Source: Blasia pusilla (Eukaryota). Taken from it: a DNA stretch of 64,000 bases. The position numbers and the translations under genes are program-made. Numbering within the stretch: position 1 is the stretch's first letter; each line of letters opens with the position of its first letter. Shown one piece after another: positions 51,719 to 64,000 of this stretch. Below the pieces are notes generated by a model that ran no database searches, had not been told where the DNA came from, and saw only the letters and a program-made list of their open reading frames with translations. The DNA lies in NCBI GenBank assembly GCA_050084515.1, contig CM114271.1:48484001-48548000 (forward strand), read 5' to 3'.

Positions 51719-54700
51719 ACCACACCTCGACTCATCCATACGTCACCTGACCACCACCATGGCCGATAAGCAACGATCTTCTCCCATAAGTCAAGGATAA
51801 ATCTTGGGAGATATAGCACTATACTCCCCACCAACACATCGTAGGACTTAGCTGGTGTCGTAATCGCACGTGTGCGCACCATAGCACTATCCGTCGTATG
51901 CTCTGGCTAGACTCTAACAGCTATCTCCTTTCGAGTCATATACTGCATGGGTAACAGGCCCCCAATCGAGGTCTATATTTGGAAGGGACAAGGCTGAACG
52001 TCGGCCTTCCGTAATCCCAATGCTAAACACGCGGCCGTCCCTAATTTCAAGGGCTGCCTACGCTCCCAAATCAAGTAGGATGCACTACGGGTGGTACACT
52101 ATCCCTGTCAGACTTACCAAGCAAAATACTCCCGCTCGATTATCCAATAACACCACGCTAGGTGTCACCATGGCCCGCTCTATGGCCCGTCGAGTTGGCA
52201 TATCTACCAACTTCGCCGCTGCCGCATGCCATGACTCAATGGGGGACGTCTCGAGCACTTGCTCCGAGGGCAAGTCCACCACCTCCTCAACTACCTCTGA
52301 ACGAGAGGCAATCACCTCTCCATGCTCACACAATGTGGCGGCCAGTCGGAACAACTGAGCTGGTCCAACTCCCAACGTCGCCAACTCTATGGCGGAAAAT
52401 AACGGAGCTTGGCTTACCCTGGTGGCCACCTCCAACAATGTGGTCAACATTGAATCCACTTGAGCCGTCATAGGAGCTGCCACTCCAACTCCTCGTGACG
52501 TCGATGTACCTGCTTGACCTGTAGGCACCTCTGGTCGTCCAGGCACCATCGATGGCGTGTGTAGTGCCTCTAACAACGTGAATGATTGTGGAACCTTGGC
52601 GTGCCATCCATTGGTCCCCTCCCGTGGGTCAATCTCAACTCCACCTCTCGATGGCTTAGTGCCTCTTGCAGCTCCCCGAGTCACCACCGCAACAGTCTCA
52701 ACTTGAGCTGCACTACATGTAAGCCCCATACAAGAAAGATCCTCAACCGGATCAGGGTAAGAGGTGGAAGCTGGAGCCACATTAGCTACTCTTGGCTCCG
52801 TGCCTTCCCTGAGCTGCATCATCGTCATGGCAACAATCCTCTCCTCCAAGTGATCGATGCGCCATCTCTAGTGCTCTCGCTCCATCTCCTCTTGCAGGTG
52901 GTGGTCCTAAACCACCACGTCTAGCAACAACTCCTCAACCTTCTCTAAGACGACCACCCCCAGACCCTTGGCCTACCTCTAGACGTGCCTCTCGACGGAG
53001 GTCAAAACATCTATCCCTAGTGTGACCATATTTGTGGCAATAGTCACATTCGTACTGTGGTGGGGCCATCCTCTCTGCTCCTGAGCAATTGGAGGTGCTC
53101 ATGGTCCTCTCCCATGTCGTGGGCAGTCTCTTTGCCTATGGGCCTCTCCAACAAGAGAACATCCGTCCCTTCTGGGCAACATATGTAGGCACCGATTGTT
53201 GCCTAATAGGCTTACGGTACCCGCCCTGCTCTCTAGGCACACTGGCCCCCTCCCGTGGTACTGGTGCTCGTTGTGGCACCTGTGGGGTTACCGTCGCTCG
53301 TGGACCCGTAAACTCTCAAGAAAATCTAGTGGTTACTTCTTGCTCCTCACTCATGTTGACCTCAATACACTTCGACAACTCGAAGACCACCTTCAATGTG
53401 GGCTTTGCTGTGTGAATGAGCACCGCATCTCGGACTCTCCTCCGTAGTTCTTGATCCAGAACCCCGTACCAATACTGGACTAACTGCGCCTCAGTCACTC
53501 CCAATGATCAACCTTCTCATGCACGTGAATGCCTCTTTGAGACTCTCACCTGATCGTTGCTGAAAATTGTATAGACTCTTTAGCTTGTCGGTGCGTAAGC
53601 CCTGGGTGCGTAAGCCCTGGTAGCTCTTTCCCAACGGTTGGAAGAACTCCACTGTGGGAATGAAGCTAGATGGCCCTCTACCATCAGAGGTCTGTGCCAT
53701 GTTGTCTATCTCACTGCCCTCCTCTCCATCTACTCTCCGGGCTGATGGTGTGGATCCTTCTCCTCTCACGATCCCATCATATGCCTCGCGACCACTAGTG
53801 GACACATACCCTGGAGCCCAATACATCCTCCAGGCATCAATCTCTACTGAATATAGTGATCAAAACTCCATGTAATCATCCATCGGAGGACCCTTCAAGT
53901 GTTGGAACAACCCCTTCCATGCCATGAGAGGGTTGAACCGTGTCGGGATCCGTATCTCGTGGAAATTGCACCACGTGTCAAACTCTGGATGAAGTCATCT
54001 AAGTCGATGGTGCCCACTACACCCGAGAAACGACGCATGCCCCGATAGCCCATGTCGTCCATCTCCTGCCAAGTGACATTGACTCCGTCTGCGATCTTGT
54101 CATGAGACCTGCTGTCCAATGATGACGATCCAGCCAAGGATGGAAGTCTAGGTAGCTCCTCACTCGTAACCCTTCTGTATCTCACTCCACTCCGTGTCAC
54201 ACCACTACTAGTGCTCGCACTACCCCGTTTTTCCGAACCCGGGAAGAACGCCGTGATGACAACTGTGTCTCACCCGCTCAAGCACTCAGACTCACCAAGA
54301 GTCTTCCACACTCCTCACTAGCTCACCTACGCTAATGGTAATCCCATGACGACACACCCGGCCTCACGCACACTCAACACTTGGGCTCATCGTGAGCCTT
54401 CCAACAAACTCACTTAAACTATCGACACTCTCGAGTCATACACGTGAAACCTACTCGGAAACCGCCGTATATCCACAAACATGCTACATATGCATGGAGA
54501 CTATACTTGTCACCATCGTTACATCCATCTAGCCCCAGCAACTACCCAATACCCAACACTCTCAATCACATAAGATAAGTGTGGGAAAAGGGACTCGAAT
54601 GGATAACTTGATCACGCCCTCCAACCTACGGCACCGTCAACACTCACTCCTCCATGTGGTATGGCAACCTCCGCAACATGACACTCTCCTTGACACACAT

Positions 54701-56231
54701 CAAACCTCCCATCAATGGATGCAAACTACCCGTCGGCATTGACATGTGTGTCTCCATTACAACTCTCGCAAATCCCAGTTGATAAAGAACTAATGAGTTG
54801 ACCCCCAACCGACTCATAATAGCTGCCAAATTCTCGTCGTGAATCCCCCTATGCTCGCAAAACACCAAGTCTCAAAATGCTCTCCAACTACGTAACTCAA
54901 CGTAATCATATCTTCCCCCTCAAACTGATAGCCTGAACCAACCACGTCTGACCCCAACCATGTATGCATGTCTACCACGTCTCACGTACCTCTACCACGT
55001 TGCCCATGCCTCTACCACATCCACCCCGCCTACCATGTCCGCCCTACCTACCAAGTCTGACAAGCCTACCAATGTCACCATGCCTACCACGTCCGCCTTT
55101 TGTACCATGTGCGCCATGCCTACCACATTGGGAAGGCGCCAACCACGGCGCTCCCAACCACGTGGTGAATGAGAAGGGGGCACGGGCCCGGCCCGCGGCC
55201 CTATGTAGTGGGGGATGGTTCAATGGGGGGGAGGGGGAGAGTCAATAAATGCAGGGAGGAGTCAATAAATGCGGGGAGGAGAAGAGGGTCGCGGCCAAGG
55301 GCCGCGGCTTGCCACCATATGCTCCGACCCCCACTCCCTGGCTCCCGGTCCCGGCTCCCGACGTATCCCACCTACGCCCCAACCTAACATACTCCGCCAC
55401 GCCTTGCCATGTTCTCGTTGCACCTTGCCCTTGTTTCCGACCTAACCCTAGTCCCCGGCGGCTACGACCTAGCCCTAGCAGTTCGCGCCCTACCCCCAAC
55501 GTGCTTCTCTTCGACACTCCCACTATGCCCCGTTCTCTTGACGCTCCAACAATACTCTCCGCTGCACCCAAGCGCTCCTGTCCGACCTCCACTCTGTTGT
55601 TGTCCCTCGTCACATGCACCAGCAAGATCTCAGAAGAAAAATGGACAACGCTTCCACGCACGACTTTTCGAACAAAAAAAATGACAACAAATTGCCAACC
55701 AGCGTATCTAGGGGCTCCCCACCAAGGCAACTCGCTTGCCTACCTACAAACAATAAATTCGCACCTGCCCCCTGACATCTTTCTCATGTGAAAAATAAAG
55801 AGTAGTAAAAATGGCACACCTGGCCTAAAAACTCCACTCCTCAATCTACATCGGCATATCAAGCCTCGTCCACCCTGTGCTATCAAGGAATCTAGACGCT
55901 AGCACCCAGTTCTAACTCACACACACCAGCAAGAATGGTACTCCAACGGCCCAACATGAGAAAGATGGCTTGGGAAAGCCATCTTCCTCCCTTATACCTA
56001 AAAATAGCTATCCTCCTGGTAACCTGCGCGCACATGTTACCAAGGGCGGGTGACCTGCTCAACAAGTCACCCGGCTGTGAAATACCTCAACAAGAAACAA
56101 TGTTCTTGACACAATGGACCTATCCTCAACCTCATCCGACATCTCGGGACAAAGTTACACTCAAGACAGTCCGCTAGCTCCTATGCCTCATCCACAATAG
56201 ATCTCAGCCTATCGGCTACTCAGATGTGATA
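51719..56231 (-). mobile_element. 5' part of a Gypsy-type element: repeat A1, ~1.6-kb leader, gag, protease
   Basis: A1 55806-56231 matches 23066-23514. Gag FSGVVGTIDLDDF (53895-54200), zinc knuckle ~53005-53055, and protease region VLLDNRAGVF..KSYDVLVG (51750-52200). Confidence 0.85.
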
Positions 56232-58459
56232 ACTCCCATCATGTACATCTCTTCAAACATCTTCAAGGTGAATGCAAGACAGATTGAGGCATACATCAAA
56301 GCAAGCTATGGCAACTAGAACAACAAGAAAGTCCACCCAAGGAAAGGGGAAAAGAATCTTGAGAGTCCCTTCATCACAAAGGCATTGCGGTGTCAAGGAA
56401 GCAGATCCCAAGCTCTTGGAGGGCAACAATCTATATCCAATATCTCAAGAGGAATGCTTCTGCTTGAGTGCTTGATAAAAAGTTGCATATGGACATTCAG
56501 CCTCCTTTGAAGAGGGACATCAACCATTAGATGCAGTAGACTTCAGGGACGCGCGTAGGGATTCTCTTCCCTCTGAACTTCTAAAGGAGAGACTCCAACG
56601 TCAGACGGAGAAATCCAAAGATGTTTTGTAAGAAGTCCACGGGTCCGTATCAAGTGAAGAGACACAACAACGAGAAAGTGGGTAAGGTTGAAGCTCTATC
56701 TGCAAAGAAACAACTTAAGACGCCTTCCCCCCACATTGTAGATAAGAGTCGATCATCCCCAAATAGATCTCTAGTATCATGTGGTGTGCCAACCAAGTCT
56801 ATCCAAAGGACTAAGGTGACTCGAAAAGGGGTTAGGCGTCGAGGTGTGGTAGTAAACGTTCTGATAGTTTTGTGACCATGGCCTCTTATCTGAGGATAGT
56901 TGAATGTGTACATCATACATCGAGGAGCGAGGTCCAAGAGATGTAAGGCAGACCTGAAATGAAATCTAACATTATGAAACCTTTCTATAGACAATGTAAT
57001 TATGTATACAAGTATGTCTGAATGGTGAACGTCAACTTAGAGTTGATGCAAAATACTAAGCTCAAGTACTCAGCATTGGGAGAGCGGGAAGAAGCAACAA
57101 CTGGAACATGAAACATAGCTGCATGAAGGACTTATGATTAGAGATGGCCACCCTTGGCTCCAGCCTGCAAGCATCAATAGATCCCTTAAACCCCAAAGAG
57201 CTCCTTCTTGTGCCCAAAGTAGCGATCGCGATGTTGGGTGAAGGATTCGAGGGCCCTGCGCGTATTAGAGATCATAGTAAGGTAAGGAAAGAGCTGGTTG
57301 AGGCCGCGATGATGTTCTATGCTATGCTCAAGCTTCCCTTTGCAAATATAATCCCCATGCCCACGAGCTACAAATCCCATGACTGCAAGCTGCAACCTTG
57401 AGATGGCGAGAGTAAGTGTACAAATCCTACGGGCAATGGACGAGCTTCAACATCTAAAGTGCATACAATGCAGGTTGGGGATTGAAAAGAGAGAAGAGAT
57501 CGAGGTAGTGGTGAGTCCACTAACTATCAGCTTTGAGATCCCGATTTTGGCGTTGTGCGTCGATCCCAAAGCCAAAAAATGGAGTTTCGCAAGAAATTGG
57601 TGATTCAATATCCTTCAACTCTCTGAAATCCAACAATATGAAGCTCAAACGGGAAGAATGCCCCTCCCCACACATTGACTCCAAAACCCACAAGCGCGGA
57701 GATGCACTCAGTACTCACGAGTGTCTTACTTCGATGCACTCAAAGGAAAGGGCCACGAGCGATTGAAACCGTTGTTGTCAAACATAGAGGCTTCAAAGTG
57801 GAGCTGAGAGGAGAGGCATCGCCGGGAGCGGAATGGTAAGGGAGCAGCGTAGAGAGGGGTGGAGAGCAAGAGAAGAAAGTGAGAGGAGAGGGAAGAGTTT
57901 GAGGGAGAGTCATGAGCGGAAGGGAAGAAGGCGGAGACCCATAGGCACGTCTCCGCCGTCTGATGTACATCCCCTTAGATTTGACGACGCTACAAAAATG
58001 CACCGTTAGGTCTGTAGGGGTAGCCAATAGGGAGAGTGGATAGGCTTGGGGCGGCCGGATAGGTTAGGGTTGGGTTAGGGTCGGAAACCTGAATTTTCAA
58101 AAACTATTTTAAGTTTTTAAAATTGAATAATTTTAATTCTACAATTTTTCTCATCAAAATTTTATAAGGTATTTTTTACTTTTTTGATTTACTTTTTCCT
58201 TCTTTAGTGGGTTTAAAAAAAATCTTTAGTAGGTTTTACATTTTTTTTCTATTTTTAATCCTTTTCTACAAGGATTTTCTTCTTTAGTTGCTACTAAAGA
58301 AGGAAAATTTAAATCTGAAAAGATTGAAAGGATTTAATTAGCTCCTTTAGGATTTTTTCAATTCAATTTTTATTAAGTTTTTTTTCACACCTTTTTGTTT
58401 TTACTACTTATCTATTTTGTTCTAAATTCTCAACTTTGTGGTGTGTTATGCATATCTAT

Positions 58460-58588
<129 letters not shown>

Positions 58589-58837
58589 GTTATCACAAAT
58601 ATGCGAACTCCAATGCGAAGTTCAAAAAGACAAATTGGCATATTGAAGCGCACCTCTCCTAAGTAGGGCCAATTTTTTTTCATGTCTTAGAAATTTGAAT
58701 TTCTTTGATGAGAAAGTAGTGTTCAAGTACATGGTAGCATCTTCTATGACTACTTGTTCACATACTTTAGTAATATATCTTGGAAATACTCGGTTAAAAT
58801 AAATTTAAAATTATATTACAAGAACCGTTCCTTCCTC

Positions 58838-59029
58838 CCGTGCATGGCACAGGCACTTTACTAGTCTATATTATTATTGGAAAGTGCTTTCTTGATTTGC
58901 AAACACTTGTATGTTTGTCACGTGACAAGTGAGCAACAGAAAATATTTCTTATACTCCGGAAAACAAGAAAAAAATTTGAGCTTGCGTAAAATATGATTA
59001 GTCCTTCACACGCATGGACCGTCCACTAG
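58838..59029 (+). mobile_element. Helitron-like 3' end (58838-58864) followed directly by a ~165-bp mini Helitron-like unit
   Basis: CCCGTGCATGGCACAGGCACTTTACTAG|TCTATATTATTATT...GGACCGTCCACTAG|T. Confidence 0.55.
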
Positions 59030-59259
59030 TTTATCTAATAATATTATTAGAATGCCCTTTCATTTTACAAATCCTTATCAATTTTACATTTTCCAAAAAA
59101 AAATCGTTCATATTTAAAATTCATAAAAAACACCTGTGAAACATAATTATAAGACGTAACTTAGTTTGAATCCGTGTATAGCACGGTCCTACGATAGTTT
59201 TTCTTAAAGAAACCTACATTCATGCGTTCAACCCTGCCTATATTCGAAATTCGTATTCC

Positions 59260-59700
59260 CAACCCTAGATCTCCGCAGCGGACCAGAGCGCCTGCCAGGT
59301 CATACCGTTTTCCGTCCCGTCGCCGGACGCGCAACCTAAGTTTTCGGATGGCGCACATGCGTCCGGGCCGAGGTTCGAGTGTGACAGACCTGCGGGTCAT
59401 CTGGGACTTCTAAATACCGTCATTGCTTCGGGGAGATTTGCGCTCTCTCCCACCCCCCTCCATTCACGCGGACCCCGTGCTATTTCCTGGTTTTTGGGCA
59501 AAACACGTCCAAATTTTCCATTCCCGGAATACCCAGACGGACGTTGGATTTCAGTTTGGTTTTAGGGTTACAGTTCTCTCCACACGATGAAGACTTAAGC
59601 TCACTTCTACGCAGATGGTTGGATGTCAGACTCCAGGCAGAGATTTCGAATTTCAAAGTGGCTCGACTTTCTCCGCGTTTGCAGGGCTTAGGGTTTTGGA
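59260..59700 (+). promoter_or_regulatory. Probable promoter/5' region of the CMC2-HAL3 locus with telo-box-like motifs
   Basis: AACCCTAG ~59261, TTTAGGGTT ~59561 and TTAGGGTTT ~59688 lie in GC-richer, CpG-retaining DNA upstream of the ATG. Confidence 0.4.
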
Positions 59701-59969
59701 GTGAGAATCAGCGTCGGTAAATATTCAGTGGCTCTAGCTCTCTGTTAGGATGGATTTCCGGCTCTTTTTGTTGGTTTCGAGGCGATATCAGTTAGAAATT
59801 GTCGAAAGGGAAGGTGTGAGATGAATCGCAATTCTGCTCTCTGTTTTGCTCTTCGCGCATACTTCTGACAGTCGACGTCTGGACTTGTAATATCGTGAAT
59901 TCTGAAGAAAGCGTCTCCGCTATTCAAGCTCGTGGCAGCGCTTTCCGCACTTGGTTTCCGAGCGTACTC

Positions 59970-60857
59970 ATGCATCCGCCTCTCACGGTACACAAGCATC
60001 CAGCCTGCCGTGAGGTACAGGGTCTTGCAACTTAATCAGTTTCTTTCCCTCGTGTTGGCTATGCGTTTAGTTATCGTACGAAACTGTGTCGTTTTTATCT
60101 CCAGTTAGTTGTCTGGAATGTTTTCCTTGCATTCAACATGTTTCACTCCCTGTGGAATCTCCAAACTTCCGTCTTTCTCGGGATTTTATTGCGACAAATT
60201 CCTGTCCTTGGTCCGACGGGCTGATGTTAACTTGAACCTGTCGTCGTGAAAGTCTCACCATTTACTGCAGTACGGGTGAGTGATTTGGTTTTATTTTGGG
60301 CCTTCGTATACTTCAGCGTTTTTCTGGAAAACTTACCGGGCGGTCTTGCTAAAATGCCAGCGAGGTGTTTTTCCGGGACGATTCACTTCGATCCTTCCAC
60401 TTTCACTGGTACCCTCCCAACGTGTTTTTGAAGTATAACTTCTTGTATGCACTGTGGCGGCAGATAATCATAGAATTCAAAAAATGTCATGAAGATCATC
60501 CGGTTACGAAGTTCTTTGGTGTGTGTACAGACCTGAAAGTTCGGCTCGACAAATGTTTCAAAGAAGAGGTGAGACATCCATCTCAGCGCATAAATTCCAC
60601 ACTGCTAGAGTCAGTGTCTGAACTTCCACGTTATTGGGGGCCTCAACTTTTTGCAGCAATTTATGCTAGCAGACGTATTATGTCACCCACCAGGGCCAAA
60701 GCTATCAGAGCACTCTAACTCTGGTCATTGATCTTCGTGATAGAAAGAAGTGAAGCGGAAGTTGAATTTTGAGGCTAGCAAGAAATTCAAGGAAAAGCTT
60801 CGCGCCAGCAAAGAAGACCGGGCAGCGGAATCAGGCAACTCTGCTTCCTGTGTATGA
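59970..60857 (+). CDS. CMC2: Twin CX9C mitochondrial COX assembly protein (CMC2-like), 87 aa, 3 exons: 59970-60014, 60464-60568, 60744-60857
   Basis: Spliced translation MHPPLTVHKHPACRE|IIIEFKKCHEDHPVTKFFGVCTDLKVRLDKCFKEE|KEVKRKLNFEASKKFKEKLRASKEDRAAESGNSASCV*. Both introns are GT-AG phase 0. Two CX9C motifs and the CMC2-type MHP...KFFGxC signature are present. Confidence 0.9.
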
Positions 60858-60927
60858 TCATGAGACTTTAAAGCCTCGACCCTCAATGCTCCTAATTGGA
60901 TAAAGTGATTGACGTGAGATACCTAAA

Positions 60928-61887
60928 ATGGACTCCAAACTGAAGGTTGAGAAGGCGGATTCTCCTCGCATGTCATGGGACAAAGGTCAGTCTAGAAGAC
61001 CTCGTATCCTCTTGGCCGCCAGTGGAAGCGTTGCTGCTATTAAATTTGGAATCTTGGCCGAAGGTCTCTGTGATTGGGCAGATGTAAGAGCGGTTGCTAC
61101 AAAGTCGGCACTTCACTTCGTTGATAAAGGTGCCCTTCCATCCTCCGTTACTCTGTACACGGATGAAGAAGAGTGGTCCAGCTGGGCGCAGATTGGTGAT
61201 GAAGTCCTGCACATAGAGTTACGAAAGTGGGCCGATGCGATGGTTATTGCCCCTCTTTCGGCCAACACTCTAGCCAAGGTAGAAAGGCGCAGATCAATTC
61301 ATCTCTCTCCTTTCAGAATGTACTCGTCTCTGTTGTCTAAGAGTTGGAATGAAGTGTAGTTATTTCCGAGTGAAGATGATTGACTTACTGATGTATCTTG
61401 TTGCTCTCTAAGAGTGCATGTGAGGTTTGAAGTATTGGTCCATATTCAAGGTCAATTTGTCGTCATTTCATTGAGAAGATGCTAGTACCATTGACAATGA
61501 AGGAGGGTTTGAAGCCCTACTTTGTCACTGAATGCGAGGGTCGTGTGTGTTTTCCAGATATCCGGTGGGTTGTGTGACAACCTGCTGACGTGTGTGGTCC
61601 GAGCATGGGACTTCAAGAAGCCTCTCTTTATAGCTCCTGCTATGAACACGTTCATGTGGGAGAGTGCATTCACAAGGCGCCACCTTCTCTCCTGTGAAGA
61701 ACTTGGTGCCATTCTAATCTCCCCAATTACTAAGAAGTTAGCATGTGGTGACACTGGGAATGGTGCAATGGAGGAGCCTTCTGTGATTGATTCGACATTG
61801 CGGATAGCACTTCTGAAATCTATGTGCTATTCTCCCATGAGTTACTCTCCAACTTTAAAATTGGAAACCAAGTATGAAACTTCCTAG
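60928..61887 (+). CDS. HAL3: Phosphopantothenoylcysteine decarboxylase (HAL3 flavoprotein), 226 aa, 2 exons: 60928-61278, 61558-61887
   Basis: RILLAASGSVAAIK, VLHIELRKWAD, APLSANTLAK|ISGGLCDNLLTC, PAMNTFMW and LACGDTGNGAM are all present. GT-AG phase-0 intron, open frame. Confidence 0.95.
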
Positions 61888-64000
61888 CAAAGCCGGGAGA
61901 TTGATCTTGTCCATTGTTGCGAGGTCTAAAGAACCTTGTTCATTTTTTTACAGAACTCAATCATTAACTGTCATTAAAATTGACATATTTGTGGGAATGT
62001 CTACACATGAAAGCTGAATGTGTTTCTCCACTTTAAAGTACAACGTAGAAGGCCAACGCCAAGTACATACAGGTGGACGTTTGGAGTTACACCGGAAATG
62101 TGGGAAACTCTGATATGGAGTCTTTATGGTCCTGGGAAGCTTCATTCTACTAGCAGAGTAGTCACCACATTTGCGTTGAAATATAGCCTCGTACCAATGG
62201 TATTGGTGAAAGGACTGTTCTCGGTAAGGTTGAAGTTCGCAATCAATTGAGATACTTCCAGAGATTTTCCTTGTCATGTTATGTTAACAGGAGCCTAATC
62301 TATTGCAGAGGCACGGTGAGTGTCGTCAATGGGCTGACACCAGTCTTGTCTTTATGTATTTCCATACTGGTAAGGTCGGGAACAGTTGGGGAAGACATTT
62401 GGAGAAGAAATGCCATGGAGTGCTGGTTGGAATTGAGATATATTTAAGATGAGGGTTTTCCGACTTGTTTTGATGAGTGTCTACACCATGTGGATGTTAA
62501 TGCTAGAACGAACGTTTCCAAATTGATCCGGTGTATCCGGATCTGTTGACCTGGTGTATTCTGTATCATTGTGGTCTAGACTACCTCAATTTAAACCTGG
62601 GTTTGATAATATAGCAACATATTTTCGGAGCAAAGACATCTTGCGCGTGTCACGATAGTAAGTAAATATTCCGGATGTCTTCAGGGAATATCGCACCCAT
62701 CTGGTTGATATCTGTACTGAACCCCAAATGAGTGGATGGATGGCTGGGAACTCACTTAACTGGAATTAATGGAGAGAATGAATACGGTGACGTCGCACGG
62801 TCCTGAATTTTGGTGACGTCGCACGGTCCAATGTTCGCAGTCTCGATTTCCTTCTCCACTACGACTGACGTCCATCTTCGTTGTATTCGATCCTTCGCTC
62901 CTGACCATGCGAACTGCTGTGTTCCTCTTGTCTCCGTGGCGAGTGGGACCAAAAGTGTGCCACATCATTCAAGGGTTCTGCAATCCATTTGTGTAAGGTC
63001 ATGCCGACGAGTCGTACACCCGCGATCAGCAATTATGTTCAAGAAACATAAGCTTTCATAGAAACTTGGACGGAAGCTTGCAGTCGACACCCTCACGAGT
63101 ATTGATACCCTGTCTCTCACGTGCGACGTTGTGGGCTACTGATGCGTAAATGTCACTTCTGTCCAGACTAGACCACTGGAGCCTCGGTGAACCATGGAAC
63201 ACTATCTCCGAGAAACGCGGCGCGCATTTGACTTGAATTGCCCGGTATTGTCCCGATGTGGACAACTCTCACCCTGGTTTATGAAGACTTCCCATGTCGC
63301 CGCGGGGGATGAAGCTCAGCCACCACATGAGTTATGTGGCAGCATGGCAAAACCATCTGGTGTGACCAATACACGTCTCTAACTCTAAACTACCGAATGC
63401 AATTGTCAAAGTCTAGATGTGAAATGTGTAATGCAGCACGGGCTTAACTGCGTATGCGTCGATCCCGTGGTCAGACACAGTCAGACTAATGTACCGATTT
63501 TGCACCCTCCGTCCACAACATGATGGTTTATCAAGTATTGCTCCCGATTAGCTTCTTGTTATATGAGCGAATCACCAGATAGACGCTCCCATCTGTCACG
63601 ATCTGTTCATCGATCGCGAACTGTCTCTAATGTTACCTATCCTTTACAATTCAACTGCTCCGACGAACGAGTAGATAGCGCGCGTTCTAAGTTCCGACCC
63701 AGTTGTGGCCTCTTTGGGTCCCCTTGTTTTTAATTATAGATGGGTTTTTTGATGTTTACTTATTCAGGCGTGAAAGTGCGACTTCGATGAACTTTTTGTG
63801 ACCTTTTTCCCATACGAAAACCTAAATTTCCCCCCACGGGAATCAACACTTCTCGAAGCACGGATGGAAGTTCGACTCGTGTGCGCTGGTCATATCCGCA
63901 ATCAGTGGCCACACAAGACGCGTAGCGAATACCAATCATGGACCCATGACGAACAGTTCGACGTCCGTCTTACATCGTACACGCACGAACGGACGACCAC

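Noticed and set aside
61957-64000. Short ORFs on both strands downstream of HAL3, and an 18-bp direct repeat at ~62787/62812
   Set aside because: No recognisable motif or convincing exon chain. A neighbouring gene's UTR or exons cannot be excluded.

Overview
Eukaryotic plant DNA that looks moss- or bryophyte-like (inferred from the gene and TE sequences, not proven). About 59 kb is a decayed, nested transposon island, followed by two intact spliced host genes, CMC2 and HAL3/PPCDC, whose reading frames are only 70 nt apart on the same strand. The island holds several copies of an unusual Ty3/Gypsy-type family. One copy carries a DNMT3-like C5-cytosine methyltransferase between protease and RT, and two have a PHD finger after the DDE integrase. 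Their ends are not ordinary LTRs but a split-direct-repeat layout (A1-gag/pol-B1-A2-B2). The island also holds two copies of a large Mutator-like DNA transposon with a GCM-like/DDE/SWIM transposase, a divergently transcribed ParB-like + N6A/N4C-methyltransferase-fold gene, and dozens of copies of a 31-bp CG-rich palindrome in its non-coding parts. Other contents are one full-length and one partial Copia element, a CACTA end, two solo LTRs, Helitron-like ends, an ABCC pseudogene fragment and microsatellites. Nearly all TE reading frames are broken by stops or frameshifts. All alignments and domain calls were made by eye.
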